DNA of 64,000 bases. It comes from an uncultured Phycisphaerales bacterium. Its GTDB lineage: Bacteria; Planctomycetota; Phycisphaerae; Tepidisphaerales; Tepidisphaeraceae. This document shows positions 16,677 to 27,072 of the stretch, in pieces (positions within the stretch are counted from its first letter, which is position 1; every line of letters starts with the position of its first letter). Made by a program: the position numbers and the translations under genes. The notes beneath the pieces are model-generated. The model saw nothing but the letters and a program-made list of their open reading frames with translations, was not told the origin of the DNA and ran no database searches. The stretch is from positions 3,584,001 through 3,648,000 of the forward strand of contig CAVWVQ010000003.1 of the NCBI GenBank assembly GCA_963758525.1, given 5' to 3'.

Positions 16677-18188
16677 ATGGCAGACGAATCGGAAAACTCC
16701 TCATCGGCGATCATCCCCACGGGCGAAGCGACGGGATTTCTGCCGGTGCGCAACGGCGCCGGCGGGAAGCCGATCACCGTCATTGGAACGCAGGCAATCC
16801 GCGACACGTTCGATTCGGTCTGTCTTCAACAGGCGATCAACTCGCGTCTGGCCCCGGGCGTCACGGATGTCGTGCTGAATCCCGATGCTCACCGCGGATA
16901 CGGCGCTCCGGTCGGGTCGGTGATCGTTTCGCCCACGCATATTTACCCGGGGCCGGTCGGAGTCGACATCAAATGTTCGATGAGCCTGTTGCAGTTCGAT
17001 CTTCCGGCCGAGGCAGTGGCGGGAGAGAAGATTCGCCGTGCGCTGATCAATGCGATTTTGGAGCGGACGCCGACCGGCGCGGGCAAGGGACTGCGCGACG
17101 CGCGCAAGGCGCGCCGCGTGAGTCCGCAAATCGGCAAGATGGCGGTGGTGGAAGGGGCTTCGCCGGCGGTCTGCGCTGCGCTGGGAGTTCCCGCGGAGTG
17201 GGCGTCGCGCTGCGAAGACGCGGCTCACGTCGGACACGACGACACGCCTGACGCTTTGGCGATGCGCCTTGATCGCATGCTTGCCAATGAACCGCGTGGC
17301 AAGTTCGAGTCGAGAATGAGCCAGATCGGAAGCTATGGCGGAGGGAATCACTTTGGCGAATGTGAGATCGTGCAGGTTGCCGACGACGACAGCATGCGCG
17401 CGGTGGCGGATGTGTTTGGCCTGCGCGACGGGCACGTCGCGTTTCTCTCGCATTGCGGGTCGCGCGGTTTCGGACATCAACTGGCAAGCGGTCAGTTCCG
17501 CTCGTTGCAGGAACGGTTTGCCAAGTGGTCCATCCCGCTGCCGGGAAATGATCGCGAGCTGGTCTACGCGCCGCTGGGAACTCCCGAGGCCGATGCGTAC
17601 ATTGACGACATGAGCCTGGGGGCGAACTTCGCAACGGTCAACCACATGGTGATCAATGCGCTGGTGCTCGAAGCATTCCAGGAAGTGATTCCGGGTGTGA
17701 CGGGCCGGCTCGTCTATTTCATCAGCCACAACATTGCGCGAAAGGAAGTCGTCGACAACCGGATTGCGTGGGTTCATCGCAAGGGAGCGACGCGCGCGTT
17801 CCCGGCGGGGCATCACGCGCTGAAGAACACGCCGTTCGCCCAGAGCGGGCATCCGATCCTGCTGCCGGGGAATCCGCGCGAAGGGTCGATCGTGATGGTT
17901 GCGCGCCCCGAGGCGGCCAAGAGCGTCTACAGCGTCAACCACGGCGCCGGCCGGCGTCTGGGCCGGCGCGATGCGATTCGCAAGCTGGATCAGGCCGAGG
18001 TGGACGCGGGCCTTGCCGAGTGCGATGTGATGAGCAATTGCCGGCAATATCCGAAGGACAAAGCGCCGGATGCGTATAAGGATTTTGGCGAAGTCGTGCG
18101 GTCGGTAGAGCTCGCAAAGCTGGCGCGCGGCGTCGCGCGGCTCAAGGCGCGGTTTGTCATTAAGGATTCATCGGACGCTGATGATTGA
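16677..18188 (+). CDS. rtcB: RtcB-family RNA ligase
   Basis: PDAHRGYGAPVG, VGVDIKC, GSYGGGNHFGE, HCGSRG, HNI, HRKGAT and NHGAGR motifs. Confidence 0.95.
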   Translation: MADESENSSSAIIPTGEATGFLPVRNGAGGKPITVIGTQAIRDTFDSVCLQQAINSRLAPGVTDVVLNPDAHRGYGAPVGSVIVSPTHIYPGPVGVDIKCSMSLLQFDLPAEAVAGEKIRRALINAILERTPTGAGKGLRDARKARRVSPQIGKMAVVEGASPAVCAALGVPAEWASRCEDAAHVGHDDTPDALAMRLDRMLANEPRGKFESRMSQIGSYGGGNHFGECEIVQVADDDSMRAVADVFGLRDGHVAFLSHCGSRGFGHQLASGQFRSLQERFAKWSIPLPGNDRELVYAPLGTPEADAYIDDMSLGANFATVNHMVINALVLEAFQEVIPGVTGRLVYFISHNIARKEVVDNRIAWVHRKGATRAFPAGHHALKNTPFAQSGHPILLPGNPREGSIVMVARPEAAKSVYSVNHGAGRRLGRRDAIRKLDQAEVDAGLAECDVMSNCRQYPKDKAPDAYKDFGEVVRSVELAKLARGVARLKARFVIKDSSDADD

Positions 18189-18233
18189 CACGGAGCCGAG
18201 GATTCGGTTTCATGCTTTTCTGGCGGTATTCTT

Positions 18234-18343
18234 GTGGCACGGGCATCCTGCCCGTGTTAAAGGCGTGGTGCAGAAGAAAAAATCTGATATCAGCGTCTCT
18301 CTTCTGAACCACGCGGCTAACACGGGCAGGATGCCCGTGCCAC
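18234..18343. repeat. REP-like doublet, family A
   Basis: GTGGCACGGGCATCCTGCCCGTG ... CACGGGCAGGATGCCCGTGCCAC. Confidence 0.9.
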
Positions 18344-18382
18344 GACGATGACAAAATCAGCTTTTCGGCGAAGGAGCTTGCA

Positions 18383-19408
18383 ATGGGTCGGCCGGTCACA
18401 TTATTCACGGGTCAGTGGGCGGATCTCTCGTTTGAGACGGTTTGCGAAAAGGCGAAGAAATTTGGCTATGACGGAATCGAACTGCCGTGTTGGGGCGATC
18501 ATTTCGAGGTCGACAAAGCGCTGAAAGACAAAGGCTACTGCAAGGGACGCTGGGACATTCTGCGTTCACATGGCCTCAAGGCGTTTGCCGTTTCAAATCA
18601 TCTCGTCGGACAGGCGGTGTGCGACAATATTGATGAACGGCATCAACTGATTTTGCCTCCTGATGTCTGGGGCGATGGCGATCCGGAGGGCGTTCGCAAA
18701 CGCGCGGCGCTGAAGATGATTGACACCGGTAAGGCGATCCGCGCGTTCATCGACGCCGCGCCGGAGCCGACCGGATTCCCGGCGGTGATGAATGGGTTCA
18801 CCGGCTCGAGCATCTGGCATTCTATCTACGCGTTTCCGCCGACCGATCAGAAATACTGGCAGAAGGGCTTTGACGATTTTGCCGCGCGATTCACGCCCAT
18901 TCTCAACGAGCTGGACAAGGTCAACGTCAACTTCGGTCTGGAAGTGCATCCGACGGAAATTGCGTTCGACATCAGCTCCGCCCAGCGGGCGATCGACGCG
19001 GTGAAAGGTCACAAGCGCTTCGGGTTTAATTACGACCCCTCGCACCTGGGCTACCAGCACGTCGATTACGTGAAATTCATCCGGACGTTCGGCAAGCGGA
19101 TTTTCCACGTCCACATGAAGGACGCCTGGTGGGGCCATGGCGACGGGACGACGGGCGTATTCGGCGGTCACACGAGCTTTGCCGATCCATCCCGCTATTG
19201 GGATTTCCGCAGCCCCGGTCGCGGCGACGTCAATTTTGAAGACATCATCGTCGCGCTCAACGATGTGGGCTATCAGGGACCGCTATCGGTTGAATGGGAA
19301 GACAGCCGGATGGATCGCGAGCATGGGGCGACCGAGGCTGCCGCACTGGTGCGCCGCCTTGACTTCAAGCCGTCGGCAATTGCGTTTGACGCGCAATTTG
19401 ACCGGTAG
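18383..19408 (+). CDS. Sugar phosphate isomerase/epimerase (xylose-isomerase-like TIM barrel)
   Basis: [37 protein letters not shown] and SVEWED motifs. Confidence 0.88.
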   Translation: MGRPVTLFTGQWADLSFETVCEKAKKFGYDGIELPCWGDHFEVDKALKDKGYCKGRWDILRSHGLKAFAVSNHLVGQAVCDNIDERHQLILPPDVWGDGDPEGVRKRAALKMIDTGKAIRAFIDAAPEPTGFPAVMNGFTGSSIWHSIYAFPPTDQKYWQKGFDDFAARFTPILNELDKVNVNFGLEVHPTEIAFDISSAQRAIDAVKGHKRFGFNYDPSHLGYQHVDYVKFIRTFGKRIFHVHMKDAWWGHGDGTTGVFGGHTSFADPSRYWDFRSPGRGDVNFEDIIVALNDVGYQGPLSVEWEDSRMDREHGATEAAALVRRLDFKPSAIAFDAQFDR

Positions 19409-19624
19409 GCGGGAAGCATCCCGCAGATTTGCAATAAGGATTTGCGATCGCGTGACACGGACATCTTGTCCGTGTTAACGGATCGCAATGGAATAATCGC
19501 TCGATGCGGCGATTTTGGCGGCTCCGCGTCGTCAACATGGGCGGGTCAACCATGCCGCGGGGGGCAGATGATCCCCTGCCGTCTGTTTTACACTCCGCGC
19601 AAAAAGAGGACAATTGACCCCCAT

Positions 19625-21661
19625 ATGACGGAAACCAAATCGCAAGCGGGAACGGCACTGGTCGACCTGGATCCGTGGCTCGAGCCGCATCGCGGAAGAC
19701 TGGCCGATCGACACGCGCACTATAAGGCGGCCCTGGGCAAATTTGACGCGACCGGCGGCCTGCTGGGCCAGATCAGCAAAGGGCATCATTATTTCGGCTT
19801 CAACCGTGGCGAGCTATTTGGAAAACAGGGAGTGTGGTACCGCGAATGGGCGCCGGGCGCGCTGCAGCTTCGCGTCGTGGGCGACTTCAATAACTGGGAT
19901 CGCTGGGCGAATCCGCTGGTGCGCGACGAGTTTGGCGTCTGGAGCTTGTTTCTGCCGGATGAGAAATTCGCCGGCAAGCTTGTGCATGGCAGCAAGGTGA
20001 AGGTGCATGTCATCGGCCATGACAGCAGCGGCACGGATCGGATTCCGGTTTATATCCGCCGCGTGTTGCAGGATTCCTCAAACGATTGGGCGGGCGTCTA
20101 CTGGGATCCGCCGGAGCGTTTCATTTTCAAAAACGATATCCCGCGGATGCGCGGCGGTTTGCGAATTTATGAAGCGCACGTCGGGATGGCGCGCGAGGAG
20201 CAGCGGCTGGGCACGTACGCGGAGTTCACTCGCGACGTGCTGCCAAGAATTGCGAAGCTTGGATACAACGCGGTGCAGTTGATGGCGGTGATGGAGCATC
20301 CCTATTACGGCTCGTTCGGATATCACGTCAGCAGCTTCTTCGCTCCCTCCTCCCGATTCGGCACGCCGGAAGATTTAAAATTGCTCGTTGATGCGGCTCA
20401 TGGGATGGGCGTGCGCGTGGTGATGGACATCGTGCACAGCCACGCGGTCAAGAACATCCGCGAGGGGCTCAACATGTTTGACGGGACCGATCATCAGTAT
20501 TTTCACGCCGGTCCGCGCGGGCAGCACCCGGCGTGGGATTCACTGCTTTTCGATTACACGAAATACGAAGTGCAGCGCATGCTGCTGAGCAATATCCGAT
20601 ACTGGCTCGAAGACTACCGCTTCGACGGATTTCGTTTTGACGGCGTTACGAGCATGATCTACCGCGATCATGGCCTGGGGACGGGGTTCGGCAGCTATGA
20701 CGACTATTTCAGCGGCAACGTCGACGAAGACGCGCTGATCTATCTCAAGATGGCCAACGAACTGGCGCACACGATTCGCCCGGACGCGATCACCATCTCC
20801 GAAGACGTCTCGGGAATGGTCGGCATGGCCCGGCCCGTCGCCGAAGGGGGGCTGGGCTTCGATTATCGTCTGGCGATGGGCGTGCCGGATAACTGGATCA
20901 AACTGCTCAAAGAGAGACGCGATGAGGACTGGAATCTGGGCCAGCTCTATTCAACGCTGTTGAACCGCCGGCATGCGGAGAAGCATATCGGCTACGCCGA
21001 GAGTCACGACCAGGCGCTGGTCGGCGATAAGACGATCGCCTTCTGGCTGATGGACAAGGAAATGTACTGGCACATGAACAAAGCCAGCCACAGTCTGGTC
21101 ATCGATCGCGGCCTGTCACTTCACAAGATGATCCGTCTCATCACCTTCAGCCTTGCCGGCGAAGGCTATCTCAACTTCATGGGCAATGAGTTCGGCCACC
21201 CCGAATGGGTCGATTTCCCGCGCGAGGGGAACAATTGGTCGCTTTATTACGCCCGCCGGCAGTGGTCTCTCTCAGATCATCCTGACCTGCATTACCAGGG
21301 ACTCAACCAGTTTGACCACGCGATGCTTGCGCTGGACGAGCCTTATGGCTTGCTCAACTCGACGCTTATCGAGCAGTTGATGGTGCATGAAGACATGAAG
21401 GTGTTGGTCTACCGGCGTGGGCCGTTGGTTTTCGCGATGAACTTCCACCCGACCGAGTCATACCCCGATCTGCGGATCGGCGTCCCCGATCCGGCGAATT
21501 ACGCGCTGGTGCTCAATTCCGATGACGCGAAGTTCAGCGGTTTTGGGCGGGTCGCCGAGGGGATGGTGTATCCCCGGGAGACGGTGCCGATGCACGGGCG
21601 CGAGCAGAGCGTGCGGCTGTATCTGCCGAGCCGCAGCGCGCAGGTGTTGGCGCCGAAGTAA
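19625..21661 (+). CDS. glgB: 1,4-alpha-glucan branching enzyme (GH13_8-like)
   Basis: IYEAHVGM, YYGSFGYHV, FDGFRFDGVTSM, EDVSGM, YAESHDQALVGDKT and NFMGNEFGHPEW motifs. Confidence 0.95.
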   Translation: MTETKSQAGTALVDLDPWLEPHRGRLADRHAHYKAALGKFDATGGLLGQISKGHHYFGFNRGELFGKQGVWYREWAPGALQLRVVGDFNNWDRWANPLVRDEFGVWSLFLPDEKFAGKLVHGSKVKVHVIGHDSSGTDRIPVYIRRVLQDSSNDWAGVYWDPPERFIFKNDIPRMRGGLRIYEAHVGMAREEQRLGTYAEFTRDVLPRIAKLGYNAVQLMAVMEHPYYGSFGYHVSSFFAPSSRFGTPEDLKLLVDAAHGMGVRVVMDIVHSHAVKNIREGLNMFDGTDHQYFHAGPRGQHPAWDSLLFDYTKYEVQRMLLSNIRYWLEDYRFDGFRFDGVTSMIYRDHGLGTGFGSYDDYFSGNVDEDALIYLKMANELAHTIRPDAITISEDVSGMVGMARPVAEGGLGFDYRLAMGVPDNWIKLLKERRDEDWNLGQLYSTLLNRRHAEKHIGYAESHDQALVGDKTIAFWLMDKEMYWHMNKASHSLVIDRGLSLHKMIRLITFSLAGEGYLNFMGNEFGHPEWVDFPREGNNWSLYYARRQWSLSDHPDLHYQGLNQFDHAMLALDEPYGLLNSTLIEQLMVHEDMKVLVYRRGPLVFAMNFHPTESYPDLRIGVPDPANYALVLNSDDAKFSGFGRVAEGMVYPRETVPMHGREQSVRLYLPSRSAQVLAPK

Positions 21662-21764
21662 TTCTCAGTTTAGCCGCCGGGCTTGCCCGGCGTGTCGCGC
21701 CAGCGAACTCGGTTGATCGCGGGCACGATTTGCGAAAGACAAAATGTAGCGGAGTTTTCTTTGA

Positions 21765-21860
21765 GTATCACGGGTTTCCAACCCGTGTGGAGAGCATATT
21801 CTCGATAATGCGCCCATTCCTTCTTCGATGCCATGAGCACGGGTTGGAAACCCGTGGTAC
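21765..21860. repeat. REP-like doublet, family B
   Basis: GTATCACGGGTTTCCAACCCGTG ... CACGGGTTGGAAACCCGTGGTAC between convergent genes. Confidence 0.9.
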
Positions 21861-21862
21861 GG

Positions 21863-22842
21863 TTAGATAATGCGATCTGCCAGCGGCTCGCCGCGCTCGA
21901 ATCTCCGCAGATTATCGAGAAAATGGCGCACGAGCCGGTCGAATTCGTCGGCGTGGCCGCCGGCGGTGTGAGGCGTGATGAAGCAATTGGGCGCGGACCA
22001 GAGCGGATGGTTGATTGGCAGCGGCTCGGGATCAGTCACATCCAGATACGCGCCGGCGAGATGATTCTGCGCGAGTGACGCAACCAGCGCCTCCTGGTCG
22101 ACCGTTGCGCCCCGGCCGATGTTGTAAAAGTAAGCCGAGGTTTTCATCTTGCTGATGCGTTCCGCGTTCACGAAGTTGCGCGTGGCGGGGCTGTCGGGCA
22201 GTATGTTGATGACATGATCGCAGTCTGCCAGGACGTCGTCGAGCTGGCTCTCCTGGATGATCGGGATCGGTTCGCTGCCGGTGCGGGAGCGGCGCATTGC
22301 GATGAGTTTCATTTCGAAAGGGCGGAGCAATTGCTCAATGCGTCGGCCGATGGCGCCGAAGCCAAGCAGGAGGGCAGTCTGCCCGCGCAGCAAACGGGTG
22401 CGCTCGCGGTGGCTGGCGGTATGCCATCCGCGGTCGCCCTGTTGTTCCAAGACACATTGCGGCAGTTGGCGCGCCTGGCTGAGAAGCATCGCGACCAGAT
22501 GCTCGGCGCACGGCTCAGCGTAGACCGTCGAGCTGTTCGTCAACGCGGCGCCCGGCTTCTCAGTGCGGCGCGCACGTCGTCGCGGTCGTAACGGGTGTAG
22601 CCGGCGGTGGTCAGTTGAATCCATTGCAATCGGGTGACCCGGCAAATCTGCTCAGCATCGGGCTGGCCAAAGGCGATGTCCGCCGACTCGAGCGCGGGGT
22701 CGCTGCCGCCGGCGGAGAGAATCGACTTTTGAACCGCCTCGGGAAAAATCAGGCGATGCGACCCGATTCCGCTGCGCAACAATTGATGAGCGGATTGCGG
22801 GAAGGCGGCGTTGCAAAAAATGGTCAGGTTTTGATCGGGCAT
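21863..22842 (-). CDS. D-2-hydroxyacid dehydrogenase (frameshift near 22550)
   Basis: WIQLTTAGY in ORF 22540-22842; GFGAIG, NIGRG, LDVTDPEPL and ITPHTAG in ORF 21863-22645. Confidence 0.9.
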
Positions 22843-22893
22843 TCCGGTAGATTACCGCCGGATCGCGGAAGGGGAGGGGGACGGGGAGGGGGG

Positions 22894-22970
22894 ATCTCAA
22901 ATCTCAAATATCAGATCTCAGATCTCAGATATCTCAAATCTGAAATATCTCAAATCTCAGATTATTTCAG
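22894..22970. repeat. Heptamer tandem array (ATCTCAR)n
   Basis: ATCTCAA ATCTCAA ATATCAG ATCTCAG ATCTCAG... in a divergent intergenic region. Confidence 0.8.
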
Positions 22971-23160
22971 GTCCGCGTGTTTTTTCCGAACCCGTCCTAC
23001 GGCGCTTGCGTTTAGAGTGACGGAGTTTATGATCGGCCCGGTTGATCGGATAACCGGCGGAAGTCCGAACGGGTTGATCGGATTCACGGTTCACCGCGGG
23101 TGGCGAAGGAACGCCTCCGGGTAGCGCGAAGAATGGTTGTCGCGCTGAGTTTAGAAAGGC

Positions 23161-25566
23161 ATGGATGCCATGGCGTCAAGCGGCGCTGCCAATCGCTTCG
23201 GGGTCAATCGTCTGGGGCGACTCTGGCAATTTCCCCTCCTTCTCGCGGCTCTGGGCCTGTTCGGTTACGCGGCATATCTGTTTGTCGACCCCAAGCCCGG
23301 TCTCACGGTTCGCCAGCGAATCAATCTTGCCGAAGACCTCACCAAGCACGATCGGCCCGAAGCGGCCATCGAGGAGCTGAACAATCTCCTGAACACGCAA
23401 AAGCTCGTCGTGGATGATGAAGGCCGCGTCCACTTGCTGATGGCCGAGGCGCTGGACGCCGGGCAGAGACTGAATCACATCGAGTCAAAATACAACTACG
23501 AGCAGATGGTCGACCAGACGCGGATCGCACTGGCGGAGGGAGCGCGGGCGGGGGGCGACGCGTATCGCCGTTTGGGCCAGGCTTATGAATATCTCGGTCG
23601 GCCGCTGGAGGCGCTGGAAAACTACCGCCGGTCGATGGCGCTGGATGCCACGCGGGATCTGTCGCTGCAGCGGAAGGTGATCAACCTGCAACTGGCGCAG
23701 ACGGACACCGGTCCGGCCGAGGCATCGATCGATGAATATTTGAAGGATGCCCGGCTGTCGAACACCGAGCGCGGCTGGGCTATGGAGCAGAAGGCGGAAC
23801 TGGAAGCCAAACGCGGCGAGGTCGTCGAGGCGCAGGCGATGCTCAATTCGGTGCTGCATCTGACGCCGGACATCGTCGCGCAGGGCGAAGCACACTATCA
23901 CCTCGGATACATCGCATATAAATCGGGCGACTCGCCTGAAGCGGAGCGATTGCTGCGCGTGGCGCGCGATCAATTAAAGGTGGGTAATCCGCTGGATGCC
24001 GAGGCGGCGTGGCTGCTGGGAAAAATCCGCGAGAACGCGAATCAGCCGCGGGAGGCCATCAGCTTCTATCAGTCGGTGCTGGAGAGCCATCCAGAGTCTC
24101 ATGCGGCGCCGCTGGCGCTGCTGGGGCGGGGCGCCTGCCGGATCGCGCTAGGGGAGGATGCTCCCGGCCTCTCCGATCTGCATGACGTGACAGATCGGAT
24201 TATTGGCAAACCTGCCGAAGACTATCGCGCGGCAGCGCTCACGGGTCTGCGCACTGCGTCCGCGGCGCTCTCAGGCAAAGGGGATTTCCAGGGCGCGCTG
24301 GAACTGCTCTCCTATGAACAGCAACTCATGCCCGAGCCGCCGCCGGAATTCTTCGCCCGGCTCGCCAGCGTATATGAGCGGCGCGCCGATCAGATGGACG
24401 CATCCAAGGACGACCCGGCCACCGAAGCAGATGGAATCCGTCGCTCGCAGAGCATTGCCGACCTTCGCACGCATGCGGGCGACGCTTACATCGCCTATTC
24501 ACGCGCGTTGACGCTCGCGGATGATCGGGCGCATGCCGAGGCCATGTGGAAAGGCGTCGATCTGTACGACGCGGCGGGGAACACGCAGCGGGCGATCTCC
24601 GCATTGCAACTGTTCGTTGCCGAACGGCCCGACGACGGCCAGACGCCCGAGGCGCTGCTGCGGCTTGGCCGAACGTATCAGTCGGCTGGGCAGTTCGACA
24701 AGGCAATCGACGCGTTTCAACATAATCAGTTTCGCTATCCGCAGAGCCTGGCCGCATCGCAATCCGGCGTTCCGTTGGCGCAGGCATACATCGCCAAAGG
24801 GGCTGACGAATATCCCAAGGCGGAAAAAGTACTGCTGGGCGTGATCGACAGTCCGCTCATCCGGCCTGACGCGAAGGAATTTCGTCAGGCGCTGTTCGAA
24901 CTGTCGCAACTCTTCTATCACACCGGCCGTTATGAAGAAGCCGTAGCTCGTCTGGAAGAGATGACCGAGCGATATCCCAACGACGAGCACATGGGGCAAC
25001 TGCTGTTCCTGATGGGTGACAGCTACCGCAAGAGCGCGTCGCTGCTGGTGAAGCTGGCGTCGAACAATCCCGCGGATGGCGCGGCCAGCGTTGCGGCTGA
25101 TCTTGCCGAAGCCGCTGCCGCCAAGAAAGACCGGCTCAACAAAGCCAAAAACCTGTTCGACCGCGTCGTGGAGGTTTACCGGCAGTCGCCGCCGCAGGCG
25201 GATCTCGACAAGCTGTATCTGAAGCTCGGCCACTTCTATCGAGCCGATTGCCTGTTCGATCTGGGGCAATACGAAGAGGCCATCAAGCTCTACGACGCCG
25301 CGACGCTGCGCTACCAGGACGATCCGGCAGCATTGGCGGCGTACGTGCAGATCGTCAACGCGTACTGCGCGCTTGGCAAAACGGAAGAGGCGCGCACCGC
25401 CAACGAGCGCGCGAAATGGCTGCTGCGCCGCATGCCTCCCGAGGCGTTCAGTGACGGGTCGTTTTCAATGCCGAAGGAATATTGGGAGCAATGGCTGAAG
25501 TGGACGAGCGACTCGGGGATCTGGCCCAAGCCGGGGCCGCCGGTGGCATCGCTGGGAATGAAATAG
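23161..25566 (+). CDS. Membrane-anchored tetratricopeptide-repeat protein (801 aa)
   Basis: N-terminal hydrophobic helix followed by many TPR-like repeats (e.g. EALLRLGRTYQSAGQFDKAIDAF). Confidence 0.85.
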   Translation: MDAMASSGAANRFGVNRLGRLWQFPLLLAALGLFGYAAYLFVDPKPGLTVRQRINLAEDLTKHDRPEAAIEELNNLLNTQKLVVDDEGRVHLLMAEALDAGQRLNHIESKYNYEQMVDQTRIALAEGARAGGDAYRRLGQAYEYLGRPLEALENYRRSMALDATRDLSLQRKVINLQLAQTDTGPAEASIDEYLKDARLSNTERGWAMEQKAELEAKRGEVVEAQAMLNSVLHLTPDIVAQGEAHYHLGYIAYKSGDSPEAERLLRVARDQLKVGNPLDAEAAWLLGKIRENANQPREAISFYQSVLESHPESHAAPLALLGRGACRIALGEDAPGLSDLHDVTDRIIGKPAEDYRAAALTGLRTASAALSGKGDFQGALELLSYEQQLMPEPPPEFFARLASVYERRADQMDASKDDPATEADGIRRSQSIADLRTHAGDAYIAYSRALTLADDRAHAEAMWKGVDLYDAAGNTQRAISALQLFVAERPDDGQTPEALLRLGRTYQSAGQFDKAIDAFQHNQFRYPQSLAASQSGVPLAQAYIAKGADEYPKAEKVLLGVIDSPLIRPDAKEFRQALFELSQLFYHTGRYEEAVARLEEMTERYPNDEHMGQLLFLMGDSYRKSASLLVKLASNNPADGAASVAADLAEAAAAKKDRLNKAKNLFDRVVEVYRQSPPQADLDKLYLKLGHFYRADCLFDLGQYEEAIKLYDAATLRYQDDPAALAAYVQIVNAYCALGKTEEARTANERAKWLLRRMPPEAFSDGSFSMPKEYWEQWLKWTSDSGIWPKPGPPVASLGMK

Positions 25567-25574
25567 GGAATTGC

Positions 25575-26018
25575 ATGAGCGACCAACCGGTTATTGCAGC
25601 GCTGATCGAGCAGGTTGAGTGCTACCGCCAGCTTGCCCGCCTTGCGGGCCAGCAGCACCTGCACGTGCAGCAGGGTCAGACCGAGCAGTTGCTGGATGTG
25701 CTGCGACGCCGTCAGGAAGTGCTCGACCTTGCCGCGACGCATGAGTCGGTGATCGTCCCGGCCAAACGGCGCTGGCAGGAATTTACAACGGGGCTCAGCG
25801 CCGATCTCCGCGCCAAGGCTGAAGCGCTGCTCGGCGAGACACGCCGGCTGCTCGAACAGATTACCGCCGCCGATCGCAACGACGCATTGGTGCTGCAGCA
25901 GCGAAAATTGAATCTGGGCAGGCAGATCAATATGGCCGCCACCGCCCGGCAGGTGAATCGCAAATACTCCGCCGCCGCGTATGGGACGCGCCGGCCGAAC
26001 ATGGACATTCAACGTTGA
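25575..26018 (+). CDS. FlgN-like flagellar export chaperone
   Basis: Helical 147-aa protein (EQVECYRQLARL...EQLLDVLRRRQEVL) with a C-terminal AAYG; flagellar context. Confidence 0.55.
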   Translation: MSDQPVIAALIEQVECYRQLARLAGQQHLHVQQGQTEQLLDVLRRRQEVLDLAATHESVIVPAKRRWQEFTTGLSADLRAKAEALLGETRRLLEQITAADRNDALVLQQRKLNLGRQINMAATARQVNRKYSAAAYGTRRPNMDIQR

Positions 26019-26029
26019 TTCGAAGCTCG

Positions 26030-26871
26030 ATGGGCGCACTGACCGAAACATCTTCTTTCAACGCCGCACAGCGGATGGAGGAGCTGGGCCGGATCATCCT
26101 CGCCTACAGCGACGTGACGGAGAAGCTGCAGCGGTCGCAGGAGCAGCTCACGCGGACCGTGCAGTCGCTCCGCGCCGAGCTCAGCGAAAAGAACCGGCAG
26201 TTGGAGCGGCGGAACCGTCTGGCGGCGCTGGGCGAAATGGCTGCCGGGCTTGCACATGAAATTCGCAATCCGCTGGGCGCGATTCAGCTCTACGCGTCGG
26301 TGCTGACCCGGGACCTGCAAGGCAAAGACGAGTCGCTGGCGACGGTTCGGAAAATTTCCGGCGGCGTCAGACGGCTCGAGGCGCTGGTCACGCAGGTCCT
26401 GCAATTCACGCGCGAGATTCGAACGACTGTCGCCCGCTGCGATCTTGCCGCGGTCGTCGAGCAGGCCGTTGATTTTGCGCAGGGCGTGTTTCACGATCGC
26501 GGCGTGCAATGCAGCGTCGAAGGCCCGCAGCCCATGCCTGTGGAGATCGATCCGCTGCTCATTGGACAGGCGCTGTTGAATCTCCTGCGCAACGCCGCCG
26601 AGGCGTCAAGCACGGGGGCGTGGTGCAACTGCGGTTTGCTCCGCCGCCAGCGGATTCGGAAGCCCGGCAGTTTCATCTGATCGTGCGCGACGCGGGGGCG
26701 GGAATCGCAACGGACGCGCTGGATCGCATTTTTAATCCGTTCTTCACGACGAAGGACGATGGAACCGGCTTGGGGCTGGCGATTGTTCACCGCGTGGTTG
26801 AAGCGCACGACGGCACCATCATCGTTACAAATCCGCCCGATGGCGGCGCAAAATTTGAGATCAGGATATGA
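26030..26871 (+). CDS. Cytoplasmic sensor histidine kinase (frameshift near 26617)
   Basis: LAHEIRNPL H-box and NLLRNA N-box, then DAGAGI, FNPFFTTK and GTGLGL in the next frame. Confidence 0.92.
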
Positions 26872-27072
26872 AGCAAAACGAACCAGTTGCGGCGGCGATC
26901 TTGCGAGGCGGACCTGACGTGCGCGCGTGGGACGAACGCCCGGCTCGCGCCAGCTCCGTCGGGAGTTATTTGCAGCAGTTCGTACAGGTTCGCTCCTGTC
27001 TGCATCAGGCGGGAGCGCATTCCGACGGGACGTCATATCGGGCGCTGGGGGTCTTGAAGCAAGGGAGTGCAC

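Noticed and set aside
15999..18188. Prophage or integrative element carrying the tRNA array
   Set aside because: No integrase, phage genes or att-like duplication of a tRNA 3' end was seen, and the flanks are housekeeping genes.
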